From the NCBI RefSeq assembly GCF_006345805.1, contig NC_042998.1:146196001-146260000 (forward strand): 64,000 bases of DNA, in the 5' to 3' direction. Numbering within the stretch: position 1 is the stretch's first letter; every line of letters starts with the position of its first letter. The translations under genes and the position numbers were made by a program. Of this stretch, positions 63,111 through 64,000 are shown in pieces. Below the pieces are notes generated by a model. It made no database searches. It was given only the letters and a program-made list of their open reading frames with translations, and was not told the origin of the DNA. Origin of the DNA: Octopus sinensis. Lineage: Eukaryota.

Positions 63111-63489
63111 AAATACAGTAGTTGAGAGATAGGCCTATTATTGTTATTATCCTGAATTTTTTCATAATTCTGTCTGTTTGTTTGCCTGTAATTGTTCCTT
63201 TTGATCTGTATATGCAAACTATTTATTTTTTTGTACAGGAGCCCAGGTTGAGGATAGACACAGAAGCTCAAGTCTGAGAAGCTTAATGAGGTTGATCTTT
63301 CCTTATTCCTATATATATATAAATGATGGGATGTGGTCATATCAAAACTTGAATGTTGTTGTGCAAATGACTATATAACGGTAAACTATTCTATCTGTAA
63401 CAACTGAGGAACTATAAACTAGATTTTTCTTAAGGCATTATTCATCTAATGGACATGTATTAGGGCTCCTACAGTTACAATTATTATTA

Positions 63490-63815
63490 TAATTATTGTT
63501 GTTTTGTTGTTGTTGCTGTTACTCCTACTTCTAAAATTATGTCTGCTGCTATTATACCTATTGTTATTCGTATCCCCATCACTATTATTATTAACTCTAC
63601 TTTTACTTTCATTACTGCTGACATTGCTATGGTACTTATCCCCATTATTGTTCTTTCCATTATTATCTTTATCACCATCTTGTTTTTTGCGAGTTCTATT
63701 ATGCATAAGCATAATTAGTATTATGTCTTAGTACTGTTTCCAATATAGTTTACGTATTTTGTACCACTGCTGCTAATATTATTATTATTTCAAATACTCC
63801 TATTAGTATTACTAC

Positions 63816-63846
<31 letters not shown>

Positions 63847-63976
63847 ATTGTTCTTCTTCCTCTTCTTCTTCTTGCTATTATTATTATTATCATTATCATT
63901 ATTATTACTATTATTATTATTATCTTTGTTGTTGCTATTAATAATGATAATAATAATAATAATAATAATAATAATA
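63490..63976. repeat. Trinucleotide low-complexity region ((TTG)n, (TTA)n, (TAA)n)
   Basis: Direct inspection. Confidence 0.9.
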
Positions 63977-64000
63977 GCCCTGATGCAGTACCAGGCAGTG
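63977..64000 (+). mobile_element. Start of another ~560-bp element copy, running off the window
   Basis: (AAT)n followed by GCCCTGATGCAGTACCAGGCAGTG. Confidence 0.85.

Noticed and set aside
63446-63731. Poly-Asn / poly-Leu ORFs
   Set aside because: Trinucleotide low-complexity DNA.

Overview
AT-rich, microsatellite-dense animal DNA. The repeat landscape suggests a coleoid cephalopod such as Octopus (inference). The only clearly supported host gene is a compact five-exon histone H2A.Z/H2A.V on the minus strand (CDS 39949-42587, 128 aa), in a CpG-retaining, repeat-poor island; its long intron 3 holds one or two candidate stop-containing (poison) exons. The rest is decayed mobile DNA: a CMC/Chapaev-like transposase, a Helitron helicase fragment, a mariner, piggyBac-type MITEs, CR1/L2-type, RTE and five R4/Dong-like LINE fragments, several SINE families, a head-to-tail array of LINE-ORF1-only units, and eight copies of a ~560-bp element sitting in (TAA)n tracts. 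The most striking unexplained signal is about 12 minimal type-I hammerhead-ribozyme-like motifs from several families. They have palindromic stem III (ACAGCTGT, ACGT), and some have CCGA-type cores or a ~110-nt stem II. Six lie as outward-facing pairs in three fold-back elements, one of which has a tRNA-like head. Coordinates were counted by hand (a few bp of error possible). Family names come from motif recognition, not database searches.
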